The position numbers were made by a program, and so were the translations under genes. The notes under the pieces are model-generated. The model searched no databases. It had not been told where the DNA came from and worked only from the letters and a program-made list of their open reading frames with translations. A stretch of DNA of 64,000 bases from Ascidiella aspersa (Eukaryota): the NCBI GenBank assembly GCA_963924565.1, contig OZ004609.1:18786001-18850000 (forward strand), given 5' to 3'. How positions within the stretch are numbered: position 1 is the first letter of the stretch; each line of letters begins with the position of its first letter. Positions 1 to 25,280 of the stretch are shown here, in pieces.

Positions 1-5
1 CATAC

Positions 6-1779
6 TCTGAAATATTATTTCCGAACTGTGGCATGACCTTCAATAGTCTACAAAGAACAGCAAATCGATGGGGTACAGCAGAAACCGCATCCAGCAAGTT
101 GTTAACAACAGGAAAGTTTTGCTCTGAAATAAATATATATATAAATAAATTGACTGGAAAATATTTTACCTTAATGTGTTATTCAAACTAAAACAATCAC
201 AAAAAAGTGTTAAGAGCAACGATAATAAAATGTATGTAGATAATTATGATAAACAAAATCATTTAGATGTAACAAAGAAATATGCAACTCTCAAATAAAG
301 GTTCTGTGTTCAAAAAATAAGCTTTAAGTATTGAATGAATTCCATACTTGTTTTAAGAACTTTTAGCTTTACTTACCTAGCTTTAAAACATAATCACACA
401 AAGCTCTTCCAACATTACTTATCCACATATCAAAAACAATCCTAACATTATGGAAATATAGACCTTGCACATAAAATATCATCATAGAAGGGACAAATAA
501 ATGTAGTATTTAATATGTTTTTGTTCAAAAGATCAGTATTCTAAAGGCCAAGATATTATTCTGATCCATTTTTTTTTTTTTTTTTGAAATTCATTTTTTG
601 TTTTGTGGTAGAAAATATACTATATACTGTATTAACTGTTTAGAGGGTAAATATCATAAGTCAACAGTATACAAGATTTTAAAAGAATTTTTTTCTATGC
701 ATTTAAATCTGCAGTTCAAAATGTTGGTTTGCACAAAACTGATACCCACATATATCACTTGGCAATTTATTAATTTGATCACAAATACTTAAAACTATCA
801 TTTTTTCCATATTGTCAATTTTACGTAAAATGATTACACTGAAAGTGTGTTAGTCTGCATTCTGTGTTCTGTTAAAGAGGCACAGTCGAAGATTTTTAAG
901 AAGTTTGTGTGAACACCAGACTTAAAACCTACACACCTTAATCTTTCTGCCTTGATAGCATAACACCGCTATGGTGTGCAACTGTACATAAACTTGATTT
1001 CACCTAAAACTTCTGCGCTTCACACCTAAGAAACCAGTCTGTATTTTCTGGCACTTTACTCTGAAATTTGGGTGTACAAGGCAAAATTTTGAGGTGTGCA
1101 GGTTGCAATTATTTTTTTGCAAACCTGAGGTTTCGGAATGCTACTACAATTTAAACAAAATTTAGGTGGGTAATATACAAATTCAGGTGTGGACACAAAT
1201 TGCTTTAATAAACTATTTTTGGTGGGCATTTGACACTGCAGACTGGGCAAGATATTCCAAAAAACTGCCATAAGATGTACTGGCCGCTTTACGGTGCACA
1301 GTAAGGAGATTATATAACTGTCCTAAACAATACAAATTGCAGCAAACTATTATAATTTAGCCATTGCCAGTCTCAATAGGTATCAGCTATATATTTGAAC
1401 AAAATTCAGTTTACTTTCCTACAATAAATGTTTTAATAATTAAAATCTAAAAATTATATCAAAACCTTTCTTTACATTTACATAAAATTATACTAATTTA
1501 ATTTATTTCCAATATTTAAGCTCTTAATTATAAATCAATATCTTCTATTTTATTCTTCAAGTTATTAATTCACATATGAGTCCTTTAATTGTAAATAAAA
1601 AAACATTAAACCAGACTCAAACTAAAATTGCTGACTATAATTAAAGCTTACCCACACAATGACTTAAATGTACTGACCTCAAGAAGGCTACGACATGTTC
1701 TTCTCCATTGTTGAAGAATTCGTTGACGACGTCTTCCAGTTGCAGGTCCAGGCTTGTTGACAGATTTGCTGGTTCGACC
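6..1779 (-). CDS. Unidentified multi-exon protein-coding gene, partial; exons 1678-1779, 377-441, 6-123; continues past the left edge and 5' exons are unresolved
   Basis: Three segments bounded by AG/GT with matching phases (2, then 1) join into one open frame: VEPANLSTSLDLQLEDVVNEFFNNGEEHVVAFLR-IVFDMWISNVGRALCDYVLKLE-QNFPVVNNLLDAVSAVPHRFAVLCRLLKVMPQFGNNIS. The family is not recognised, and the acceptor at 1779 is a best guess. Confidence 0.6.
895..1210. repeat. Degenerate inverted-repeat (MITE-like) remnant in an intron
   Basis: tttaagaagtttgtgtgaacaccaga (~895-920) is an imperfect reverse complement of tcaggtgtggacacaaattgctttaa (~1182-1208), with internal acacct/aggtgt motifs. No TSD found. 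Confidence 0.35.
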
Positions 1780-2734
1780 CTGTCAAGTAAGGCCGATTCT
1801 TCGCGTACGTAATTGTACGTAGTTATGTAAACATTAATTCTAAATATTCATTTACGACCATATAATACATGCAAAGAAATCTTTGTTTGTTAATAAATCC
1901 GTATACAGCTGTCAACCGATATGCATGACTTGTGGGAACAATCCTTAAAATACAATGAGACGGACCTGTAATGTGAAACCTGATACCTCAGGATCTCGTA
2001 ATACATTTATAAAACAGGGTATTTGCTTGTTTAAGATGGCTATAGAATGGTGTGATTAATAATGTATTATAGTGTGAGTGTAGTAAAATTTAAAAAGAAG
2101 AATTTCGAAACGATATGAAGGACAAGATTCAACATAATTTGAAATCCGAGCGAACTTAATATTTGTTACTGACACATCGATTCAGGTTTAATTGTTTGAC
2201 TTATGTTTTTCCGTTCGTTTTTAAGCACATAAAGAACACTTGTACGCAATTTACTGTTTGGTACAGATTGCCAAAAATTCAAGAATTGCGAAAGAAAGTC
2301 GTATACCAAAAAATAACGTCTATCTTGTTATTTTCGGAGGCTACACGTCGGTACATGGCTAAGCAATCGTAATACTGTATCATTGGTATAAAATTTCAAA
2401 ATAGTTTATTGTTTACATTTTAATAAGGGGAAGCTGACTCAATGAACTAGGTTACTAGGGTTCCCAGGTCCCGGATCCGACTCCGGCCAAATGTGCGAAT
2501 TCGTCGAGTCCCGAGTCAGGTTGCCACTGTTCAGCCTGTATTTCACCCATTTACGTACGGTAACTAAAAATAATAGTAGACAACTAAAAGAAGGCTATGC
2601 TTTTCCGCCTTTACAATTTACAGTTGGTGACAATGTCAGTTTCAAATTTGGTAGCCTACTGCGCATTCAAACGTCGGATTCGGGCAGGGTATCTACTATT
2701 GTAAAACATTTTGATTTCGTCGATGAGTTTTTAT

Positions 2735-3322
2735 CAGGGAGTCGAACCGTTTGACTTTTCCGGTTCAGGTTCGGTTCGGGTTCAAGGATTTTTTCGGAAT
2801 CCGGTTCAGTTCCGGTTTCGGTTCGGAGTAATTTAAAAGTTCCGGTTCAGCTCCGGTTCGAACATCGTGATTTCAAAACCGGTTCATAAAGTTCCGGTTC
2901 AGATACAGTATAATTTGCGTTAAATCTCAAAATGTGGGTCACTAAATGTAGAGAATAATCTTTGAATTGTAAGTCATTTAATCTAAGTTCCGTGACTTAT
3001 TAAAAAAACAGCAACTCGATATTGAAATATCTAAAAAATAAAAAATGAACGATTTTTGCATTCAATATTCTTATTTTTTTCATAAAATTTCGAACATGGC
3101 ATAACTTGACTCTGTAAAATAGAAGTTGTGACGTCATGCTGGGGCGAACCGCTTTAGTTTACAAGTTCGGTTAAGGTTCAGGTACTTTCAAATTATTCGG
3201 TTCAGTTCCGGTTCGGCTCCTTAAAATCTTATAAAAACAGGTTCAGGTTCGGTTACGGTTCAGAAAAAATTGACCCAAAACCGGTTCATAAAGTTCCGGT
3301 TCGGTTCCGGTTCGACTCCCTG
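2735..3322. mobile_element. Non-autonomous hAT element (MITE), 588 bp
   Basis: Perfect 14-bp TIR cagggagtcgaacc/ggttcgactccctg, perfect 8-bp TSD gtttttat (2727-2734, 3323-3330), and arrays of subterminal (c)cggttc motifs at both ends. Confidence 0.92.
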
Positions 3323-5248
3323 GTTTTTATTATTTTTCGAATAAAATCGTTTATATCTACCTATATAGCCTACCTATCTTCGATCCGGAATCTAGAAATA
3401 TGGATACGGTCTGAAGTTTAAAGAATCGTGTTAAAATAATAACAATTATTAAGTATGATAATAGTATTCATCTCTCGCCAAGTCGCTGGCGTACGTAAAA
3501 TTTTAACCGGAGACATTACTTTTGTAGCGCAGCGTTTTTCGTGATCCCCTGTCGTCGATTCAAACTTGAAAAGCAAAAATTGCGGCCAAGTACGATCTAC
3601 ATACTTTTATGTTTCTTCTGCACTTAGCTTAAGAATATTTTTTTTCTTCTTTACGAGTTTTTTAAAAAAGAAAGAATTTAAACAATTGAACGATTTTGCC
3701 AAAGTTGCACTAAACGTGAAAAATCTTTTATTTTAGGGCTATCGATCAGTGTAGAACAACCAGAGTCCGACTTTGGCCAATAAAATAAAGTCGAGTACCC
3801 AGTAGTCCCACTAAACCACATTACCGGACTGCACGACGTCTTCTCCATAGTTCTGTTATCCATTACAACCTTAACGCAACCACAATAGGGTAGCAATCCA
3901 ATTATAATGCGGTATATGCTACTTCACCTTTATACGATTTACAGTATGTGATCTTCTCGTTTTCGAACTTTCTACTGCACACGTCAAACTCTGGTTAGTC
4001 GTACTCTAATCCGAAGTCCGACCCAGGTTTATACTAGTAATGACCTCTTTAAAATCGTTTGACGTAAAGCTTTAAGACACTTCCCAGCAACATCGTATAG
4101 CCTACCTTTTTAAATTTGTTACGGCAAGAGCGTAAGTCCAACCAATGGCAAAATGATGATTACAAGACAGTTGTTTAACGAATATGAACCAAGTTTAAAT
4201 TGACAGATTGACTTTTCCTTTACTTACAGCAAATAAGCAGTAAAGGCAAATCGCTGTATATTTTAAATGAAGAAAATCCGATTCAAATAAGAGCACAATA
4301 AATATTTGCGAAGTCAGGCTTTAATGAAACAAGTAAGGACTGCTGAACGCGACAGCACGCAAATGTATAGACGCCGTGTAAAGCAGATAAAGGGAGTATA
4401 GTTTCAACTTATTTCTCACAGTCGCGGATTGTTTAGAACTTGCATCAGCCATTCAAAACAGGGCATGTAAAAATTCGAACACATGCAATTTTCGAACAAA
4501 CTGAAACAACATGCAGAAAACAGCAAACGCGTTCAAGTTCAACTAACCGGCGTAAGTTTGATAGGCCAAACGCTGGTTTAACATACAAAGTTTTAACTAT
4601 TTCGCATAATATCATACAGAGAACCTTTTTTTAATAAAAATAATTGCCTCGAAACGTAACTGACAATTTACAGAAATCAAACATCGAAAATAGCAATTTC
4701 CCTGTGGAAATAAACAGTATTTCAAAGGACAAGAGGAACTTTTTAGCAAATTCTGTTTTAGGGAAGCACGCAGTAGATAGATTTGTCACGTAAGAGGCAC
4801 ATAATGTGAAAAAAGCCAGGTCCCAATGACACATATCGACGCGCGTTTAATTAAATATTTTAATTACCAAAAGCTTTTGACAGATTAAATTAGAACCCAC
4901 ATTACACGATAATTAAAGACAATTAAATAATTTATTAACAAATTCCAACTGAGTTGGTTAAAAAAACTTTTAAAATGTTGCGGCCAGTATCCATTAATAA
5001 CAACTGTTGTTGCAAGAGTTTTTTTTAATTTTTTTGGCAAACAAAACAGAACGCAACAGACCAACAAGGCGTTGGTTATTTCAATGGTTAATACACGTTT
5101 GTAACCATTTTTGCGTCACATTAAGTTGAGAACATGCGACTGTTTTTCTGATGCGTTAAAATCTACTGAACGCCAGTTGCCCGGTTCCCCCATACTGCGT
5201 AGGAAGGCGGTACGTAAGAGGCGTATTTTACCACGGGAAACAGTGACT

Positions 5249-18314
<13,066 letters not shown>

Positions 18315-21300
18315 GGTGATTGGATCAGGTTTTTAGGCTGGATCACAATTTAAGTAGCTGACCATCAAATTTAAAATTTATAACATAACCAAATTCTACA
18401 TAACAATAAACTTGTCTTGATTGTACAGTATTAACTATTCACTATTTCAGCAATTAAACAAACAGTGACAGCAAAATTGCAAAACAAATTGCAGCTTTTC
18501 TGTCGCAAGCTAGAACAAATAGCATATAGTTTCATAATGAGGCGAAAATAAACAATTGTTTGTTTGTTTTTTTGTTTGTTTTTTTTTGGGGGGGGGAGGG
18601 GGGCTTAGAATGACAAGTGTTTTAAAAGTTAAAAGTAACAAGCAGTTAGCCACAAAATGGTTATTTTTTATCAATTAAAGACACTTAGAAAGGCAAAAAA
18701 ACCCTCAAAACAAAACTGCTAAATAGCAGGAGTGTGTATTCATTTTTATACTAAAGAAAAAAAAGAAACAACCCACAAAAATCTCTTGCAGTATAATAGC
18801 ACTTAATATAGCATATAACAGATATGCCAAGGTTTATGCAGACCAGAGGTTCATAACACAACCAAAACTCAACCACTGATACAAACCAACTAGATTGTTG
18901 TTCGAAAGATTGGTGGACATGCACTAATGTAGTTATGTACATTAAGTTTGCTTCAAAAAAATGGCTGTGCAACTGCCATACAGACTGAGACGGGAGTCAA
19001 TTTTGGTTTTAATAAATAAACATATAGGTTCATTTCTTCAAAAACTTTCTGTTTAATAAAATTTTGTGAACAATTAACTTGAAAATAACCTGCGTCATAC
19101 AATTCTTTCCTAAAATTGTTAAGGGAAAATAAAAATAGATAAATTTTGCTCATTTTAATAACAAACAAGTAAAGGTCTGGCATGTATGGTTCTCTTGAAA
19201 CAATTTAAATATGGATGCTGCATATTTAAATTTTAACAAATAAACTTTACTTGTATGCCTGGTGAATTAACTAGTGAATTAACGCCGGCCTGGTGAATTA
19301 ACTAAAAAAAATAGCCGTTTTGGGCGTATATATTGTCTTATTTTGGCGTAGGATTTCAGCCAAAACAAATTTTGGCGCATATTTTTGGCGGCCACAAGTT
19401 ATGGAATACAGCCAGGACCAGCGGCGAATAAACCAATTCATTACTGAATCAGGTACCAGCTATAACGGCACAAAATACAGAGGGTCTGTCTAACCTATTG
19501 AAAATGTTCTGTCAGGTAATGTTTATCACAGGGGGAAAATTGGCCGCCAAAGATATGCTAGTGTTAAACGTAATTTGTCTATGATATTCTAATGTCCAAA
19601 TAGTTGCAATGCAAAAAAGTCTTGGTGCTTGTCTAGAATTCTACCACACGTACAAATAATTTACAGCAACGCACATTAGTTAGGTTAGAGTGCTCTTTAG
19701 CGTTTAGGTTGAGTATTACTAAATTTATTAGCCCAATTTGCGCAGTTTCAATTTTGACGACTGGTTTCGATACTGTATACCTAAAAAAGTGGTAGGATTC
19801 TAGAGCAGGGCCACAATTTTTTCCCAACATTTTTAATGTTAATAAATAAATTATAAACACTACTGTGAAGTTACTAAATTTATATTATAACACAAGCACC
19901 TTTGTTGAGAATTATTTTTCAAACATTTTCACAATGCTTTTCCTCGTGAAAAGTCTATTGTAGGTCCCATGATCGCAGCGTAAATTTGCGATAATCGTTT
20001 TTTGATAAAAAGAGAAATCAGTTTTTAATATGAGTGAATTTAACAAAATACTTGTAAACAATTTTTGCATTTTAAATATACAACACAAAATAAAAAAGGG
20101 TTAGAAAAATACAAACACTTGGGTTACGTAAAACGAAGCAACGACATAAGAGTTTCTATGTCGTTGAGCGAACAGAACGGTTTAGAAGCAAAAATGGTTA
20201 TGTTGTAAACAAAGTCAACAGTGCGAAAAGCAAGATCGCATATTACAGGTAAATTTAAAGATATAGATTTTGTGATTGAACAAATGCATGTTTTTTAATA
20301 CACACTGAAATTAGGTTCCTCTTAATAACGCTATAAAAACATTGGCTTGAGAATGACTGTATCAATTTTTAGGGGTGTGTGGGTTGCAACCTGTGAAAAG
20401 GTATGGCCCGAGTCAGGATGGGTACCAGGCCTGACACACGAATTCTCTCAGTATAGTTTTATGAGCATCTAAATAAAACGTGTTAATCGTATAATTTGTT
20501 TCTTACTTTTCTATTTGTAGGCCTATATTATCCGCAAGCGCGAATTCAGGAATTTTATTTTTTGGGGGGGAGAGAGGCATGACAATATTTTCAGAGGTGA
20601 CGGCATAAAGTTACGTCATAACGTGACGTCATAAGGTATTTGGTTAAAGTCTTAGATTGGCCAGGTGTTGCTTTCAATTCGAAAGCTGTATATGTAATCA
20701 TTCGATGTACCAGTAATCGATTCGCGCACAACGCAACGCATTGATATCGTTAAGTTACCCCAGCCTGATTTTCGACGTTGCGATAGGACGTATAGGCCTA
20801 CGCCGCTCCAATTTTTATTTACTTAGTTAATAAAAGCCAAAATACAGATTTTTCGGGGGAGCATGGCCACGTTTAATTTATTCAGTAAAAATATAGGTAA
20901 AATTACAGTTTCGGGATGGGGCTTGAATCCTTCCCTTCTATCTGAGATGAAGCACCCTGTTTGTTACGCTGTCGATCACGTTATTGATTTAGGTATAGTG
21001 CTTCTCTTTTTCAAAATGCTTTATTGCACTTGCGACACAGCAAGCAATACGAATACTTTTTATTGAATAATTTCTTGGTTTGTACAGCGGACCAGGGCCG
21101 GATTAACATAGTAGCAGATGTAGCAGCTGCTACGGGCACCGCGCTTCACAAGGCCCCGTGCTTGGTGAGCAAAACATTTTTTCATGCAAAAATGTCGAAC
21201 ATGGTGTTTTTGACTTACTAGAATGACACAGGAGAATATTATAGTTGTAAGATTAAATTACTAGTCCCATCGCCATCGTCTTTCCTTCCTAATCATTGTA

Positions 21301-22187
21301 AACTTTAAAAAACAGTAATTTCTGGAGGCAACTGCCTTGATCGTCACAAACACAACAATGTGCCGGAAATACTCCGACGTTTTTTAGCGGCCTGTATACC
21401 CAGAAGTGTAAACTATTAGTTTCGCTTTTAGCTTGGTTTCCCAGTCGCACAAAAAAAAACACTTGTCTTTACCTTGCAACCTTTTTCTATCGAACGCTCT
21501 GCTTTTAGTCGTCATTATTCCGACTTAGGCTGCCGTAAAAATGTTTGGCGGAATTCGAAGCGGAAAACATCTTGCAGAGGTTTAACAACTGGTGCACGTT
21601 AACGACGCGTTTGTCTAAATCTGTCAATGGTTGGACTACATATAGGCAGTGGTGGGATTCAAATTTTTTGTCAGCCGCTTCTATCACAAAAGTCATATTT
21701 TTCAGCCGGTTCTGTTATAAAAAGTCATATTTTTCGGCAAATAATTAAAGTAGTTGCAATAACAGGATGCAAACCCAGGAAAGGTTGGAACCGGCATCAC
21801 TGCTAACAGCCACACTAAAAAGCAGCATTCGCCTCTTGACGTATACTTATGACGCAACAATGGAATCTTCAGACACCCTGTCACAAAGGAAAATTACTAC
21901 AATTACAAAAATTAACACAATATATGACTGTTACGTGCGACCTTGACCATTGCAGATTTTGAAAAAAATAACACGTGAGGTACATGGATATAAGTCGGAG
22001 AAATACTTTCTGCAATTAAAGTAGATATGCGGCCCTCGTGAAAGCAGCAACATTATTAGGCCGAACATGTTGGCAAAGGCGCTGTGTCCATAACAAATCC
22101 GTATTCCCCGGACCAAATCATTCTCAAGCATAATGTAAGATTTCATCAAGCTGGCCTCTTAAAACTATTATATATTATGATGTAGCC

Positions 22188-23937
22188 CAGTGCTCCTCAA
22201 CCGATGTGAGACCATGCCAGGTGTGCCGCGACGTTCCCGGAGGTTTTACTTCTGTTTTTAAGGGTACTTTTTTCAGTAGAATTATCACAAAAATGGTACA
22301 CCAGGGCAGGCATTTAAACCCGAACTTCAGAACATTTTTTTAACTAACACAACTATCAAGAATATAAATATACAGCAAGGGTATAAATATATTTTTTTCG
22401 AACTCTACACAAAGTGGAAAAGGTGGACTACAAAGTGGAAAGGGGGATTATCAACGCGCGAAACCGTAATGAACTATCAGTGTAAATGTATTACTAACGT
22501 TTGAGGAGCAATCGGTCTGGCCTCGGATGGTTTGGCATTGAGTTATTTGCTCCTGTTCGGTGTTATTGGTGGGTAATAGGTGGGTAAGAAGTTAAGTTAG
22601 GATTGAAATTATTAGAGAAGTTAGTTATGAATTTAGGGGTTGGGTTTGGGGTTAGGTAAAGAAATGTATTGGCATTATTCTAACCGTTTACGCACTTTTC
22701 CGACGGGTTTATGGCTTATTCCAATTTAGATGTTATTACGATTATAGGTATTATAGTTCTATATTGGTCTTATTCCGAAATTTGTTTTATCCGACGTTGG
22801 TGTTGTTCAAATTTCAGTTCTATGGCTGGTGTCCATTTGGCCGTATTAGGATATTTTAGAAAGAGCGTAAAAAAACACAAAACTTGTAAATAATAGAACG
22901 TAAAAGGTCAAATTGTCGGCGATCTCGGCGCGTTTAATCATAAATCTTCTTTTTTATGGTTAGCCCAGGATATTTGGTTTTGTTGTCTATCTTATTCAGT
23001 ACCGGTACTGGATATTTGGCCTAGTGCGTATTTGACTATATTATGTCGTTGGTTTGAATATGATGGTTTTATAGATTTTCTTGCTTTAGGTATTGTTGCT
23101 TTTTAGGTTTCATTGTGTGTTCCCGTTTGTTGTTGGTGCGTTTCACCATTTTATACGCGACAAAATGTTTGTTTATTAAAAGTCTTGCTGCAGAAAGTTG
23201 CATTTTTCCTCGTAATAACATAACGTTGAGAAATAATGTAAGTATCTATAGGAAGTAATCTGGCGTTGGTCTAGAATCCTACCGCAGTAAACATTATTTA
23301 GTTTAGGGTACGGGTTAGCGTTTGTCTATGTTAAGCAATATTGTTAAATAATAATACTTGACCCACCCCAACCCAAACACTAACCGACACCCTAACCTAA
23401 ATGTTATGTAAATATGTCATCGTTGCTTTAATAAATATTTCAACGATGTGTTGGATTCTAGTGTGCCTCGAAGTTCCCAGAGATGCACTTTTTAATGATC
23501 AATCGAATTAATGCGAAAAATGTATATGTCATAAAGGCAGGTAGTTTTGATTGTATAATTCCAACCCAACCCATTAATTAGTCTTGGCAGCTGGTTCAAA
23601 AAAATGTATTAAACGAAAAAGTACAAAGCACCAAGGGGTTGGATTTTTTAAATGCTATAAAAGCCCTCTGTAATTAGCTATTGCAAGGGGGCACACTTTT
23701 CAGGACGTTGACCGAGAAAATTTAGTAATTCTGCAAAACCGCAAAATCAGATGATAAAGAAATGTAGTACGTAACATTTTCGGCGTCTTTGATAACAAAT
23801 CGCTTCTTTTTCTATTTGCTGCCTATGATATTTGCTGATGTTATCTATTGTCGATTGACATAAATTTCGTAGGTGTGCGGTCAAATTGTTTCATCTCTGT
23901 TGGTGTGCCGCAAGTGGAAAAAGGTTGCGGAGCACTG
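22188..23937. mobile_element. Nested older hAT (Buster/Charlie-like) element
   Basis: TIR cagtgctcctcaacc / ggttgcggagcactg with gtgtgccgc subterminal motifs. The flanks atgtagcc and ttctagac are only a degenerate TSD. Confidence 0.65.
23271..23461. repeat. Small palindromic (MITE-like) element
   Basis: tttagtttagggtacgggttagcgtttg (~23297-23324) pairs with caaacactaaccgacaccctaacctaaa (~23374-23401); outer arms ctagaatcc/ggattctag. Confidence 0.5.
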
Positions 23938-24095
23938 TTCTAGACCAGGGCCAGTAAAAATTATAAAAAAACAAACATTTTTATTGCATTAGCGCAGAGT
24001 AGCTTGCACCAGTGTGTTTAAACCTTAACACAATTAGTGTTATATGTAAAGTATTTGCTTTAGTTAAGTTTATGCACCTATACGTCATTAATTTA

Positions 24096-24165
24096 GAGAG
24101 GGGGGCGGTACGAAATAATATGGAGCGCAAGGGGGCACTACTATGAAAAAGGTTGGGAAACACTG
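24096..24165 (-). mobile_element. Terminal fragment of the same hAT MITE family as 37755-38912
   Basis: gggggcactactatgaaaaaggttgggaaacactg is the near reverse complement of the left end at 37755 (cagtgtttcccaaccttttttacactagtgccccc). The other end was not found. Confidence 0.65.
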
Positions 24166-25280
24166 ATTTACCTCTTTTAAATATTGAAAATGACGTTCTG
24201 AAGTCACTGAACTCATCTAAATAATTTCCAAATTTGCAGAGGTCAAATGCGACGAAAATTCCTTTAAATGATATTGCTGAAGTTTTATTTTTCTTCTTGT
24301 AAATAAAACATCATATTAGAGTTTTGTTGTTGTACATTTGTAGAATATAGATCACATCTATAAATTATTCAATTACTTCCCAGTCATTATTTGTACATTA
24401 AATCAATCTGCTACAGGCCCCGCACTTAGTTAATCCGGAACTGCAGCGGACGAAAGTTATAATCAATTGCGACATATTTATTCGTAACTATGATCTGATT
24501 TTAAAAAGGTCCACTGGAGTCATAATATTTGAAAGCTTTTTATCACTACAATTGAGTTCAGAAACGAATAGAAATCAATGTATAACGTCCCCCCTAAAAA
24601 AATTATAACGACACACAGAGGCATCGCGACGCGCAGTTGATAACCTCTGACTTAGTATATAGCCTCTCAACTATACCGTAGTTGTAAGATTGGCATTTGT
24701 CTGAAGAACGTGGGTGAGCATTTTTTCCAACTATAGATAAACTAAGTTTTACAAATTGCCCTCATCGATCAGTACTGAATGATGAAGCATGGAGAATGAG
24801 CTTTTGGTGGCAATATCACTTCAGTCAAGGTGAAATCTGGTGGCCTTAACCAGATTCACAGAGTTGTCTTGTGGTTTAATATCTGGATACACATATTTAG
24901 CCCGTTAGTATAAGGTTACTCGACCCTATATTTTAACCTAATAAAATGCTTACACAAAGACAATACATAAATTTTCTCCACATATTTTTAACTATAGTGT
25001 CTATACATAAATATTTTTGGATTTTTGCATAATATAAACATTTTGAGCTCAATGAATTGTGGCTGCATGTTAAATATTGTGGCGTTTATGTCTATAAAAT
25101 AGCTCTATATTTTGGTAAATTACTTCGTGATAGATGCGTTTTAAAAGTTTTAACTGCGACCTTTTAAAACGAGGCTAACAGGAATTGTCAGTTTTATTGC
25201 GTATATATATAAAACAATACCATGTAAACAGTAAAATGTATTTGGCTGTAAATTTGGTCAAAAAGCATCAATACAATAAA

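Larger units (their letters stand above)
21093..24443. mobile_element. hAT-type element (3.35 kb) carrying nested insertions
   Basis: TIR cagggccggattaac / gttaatccggaactg, perfect 8-bp TSD cagcggac (21085-21092, 24444-24451), and subterminal gctacgggc/gctacaggc motifs. Confidence 0.85.

Noticed and set aside
2760-3315. CRISPR-like or satellite array of ccggttc repeats
   Set aside because: The short, irregularly spaced motifs lie inside a TIR/TSD-bounded element and are hAT subterminal repeats; the context is eukaryotic.
20611-20631. TTACGTCA/TGACGTCA pair as an NAA15 promoter element
   Set aside because: It appears to lie in a degenerate repeat and the transcription start is unknown, so it cannot be supported from sequence alone.
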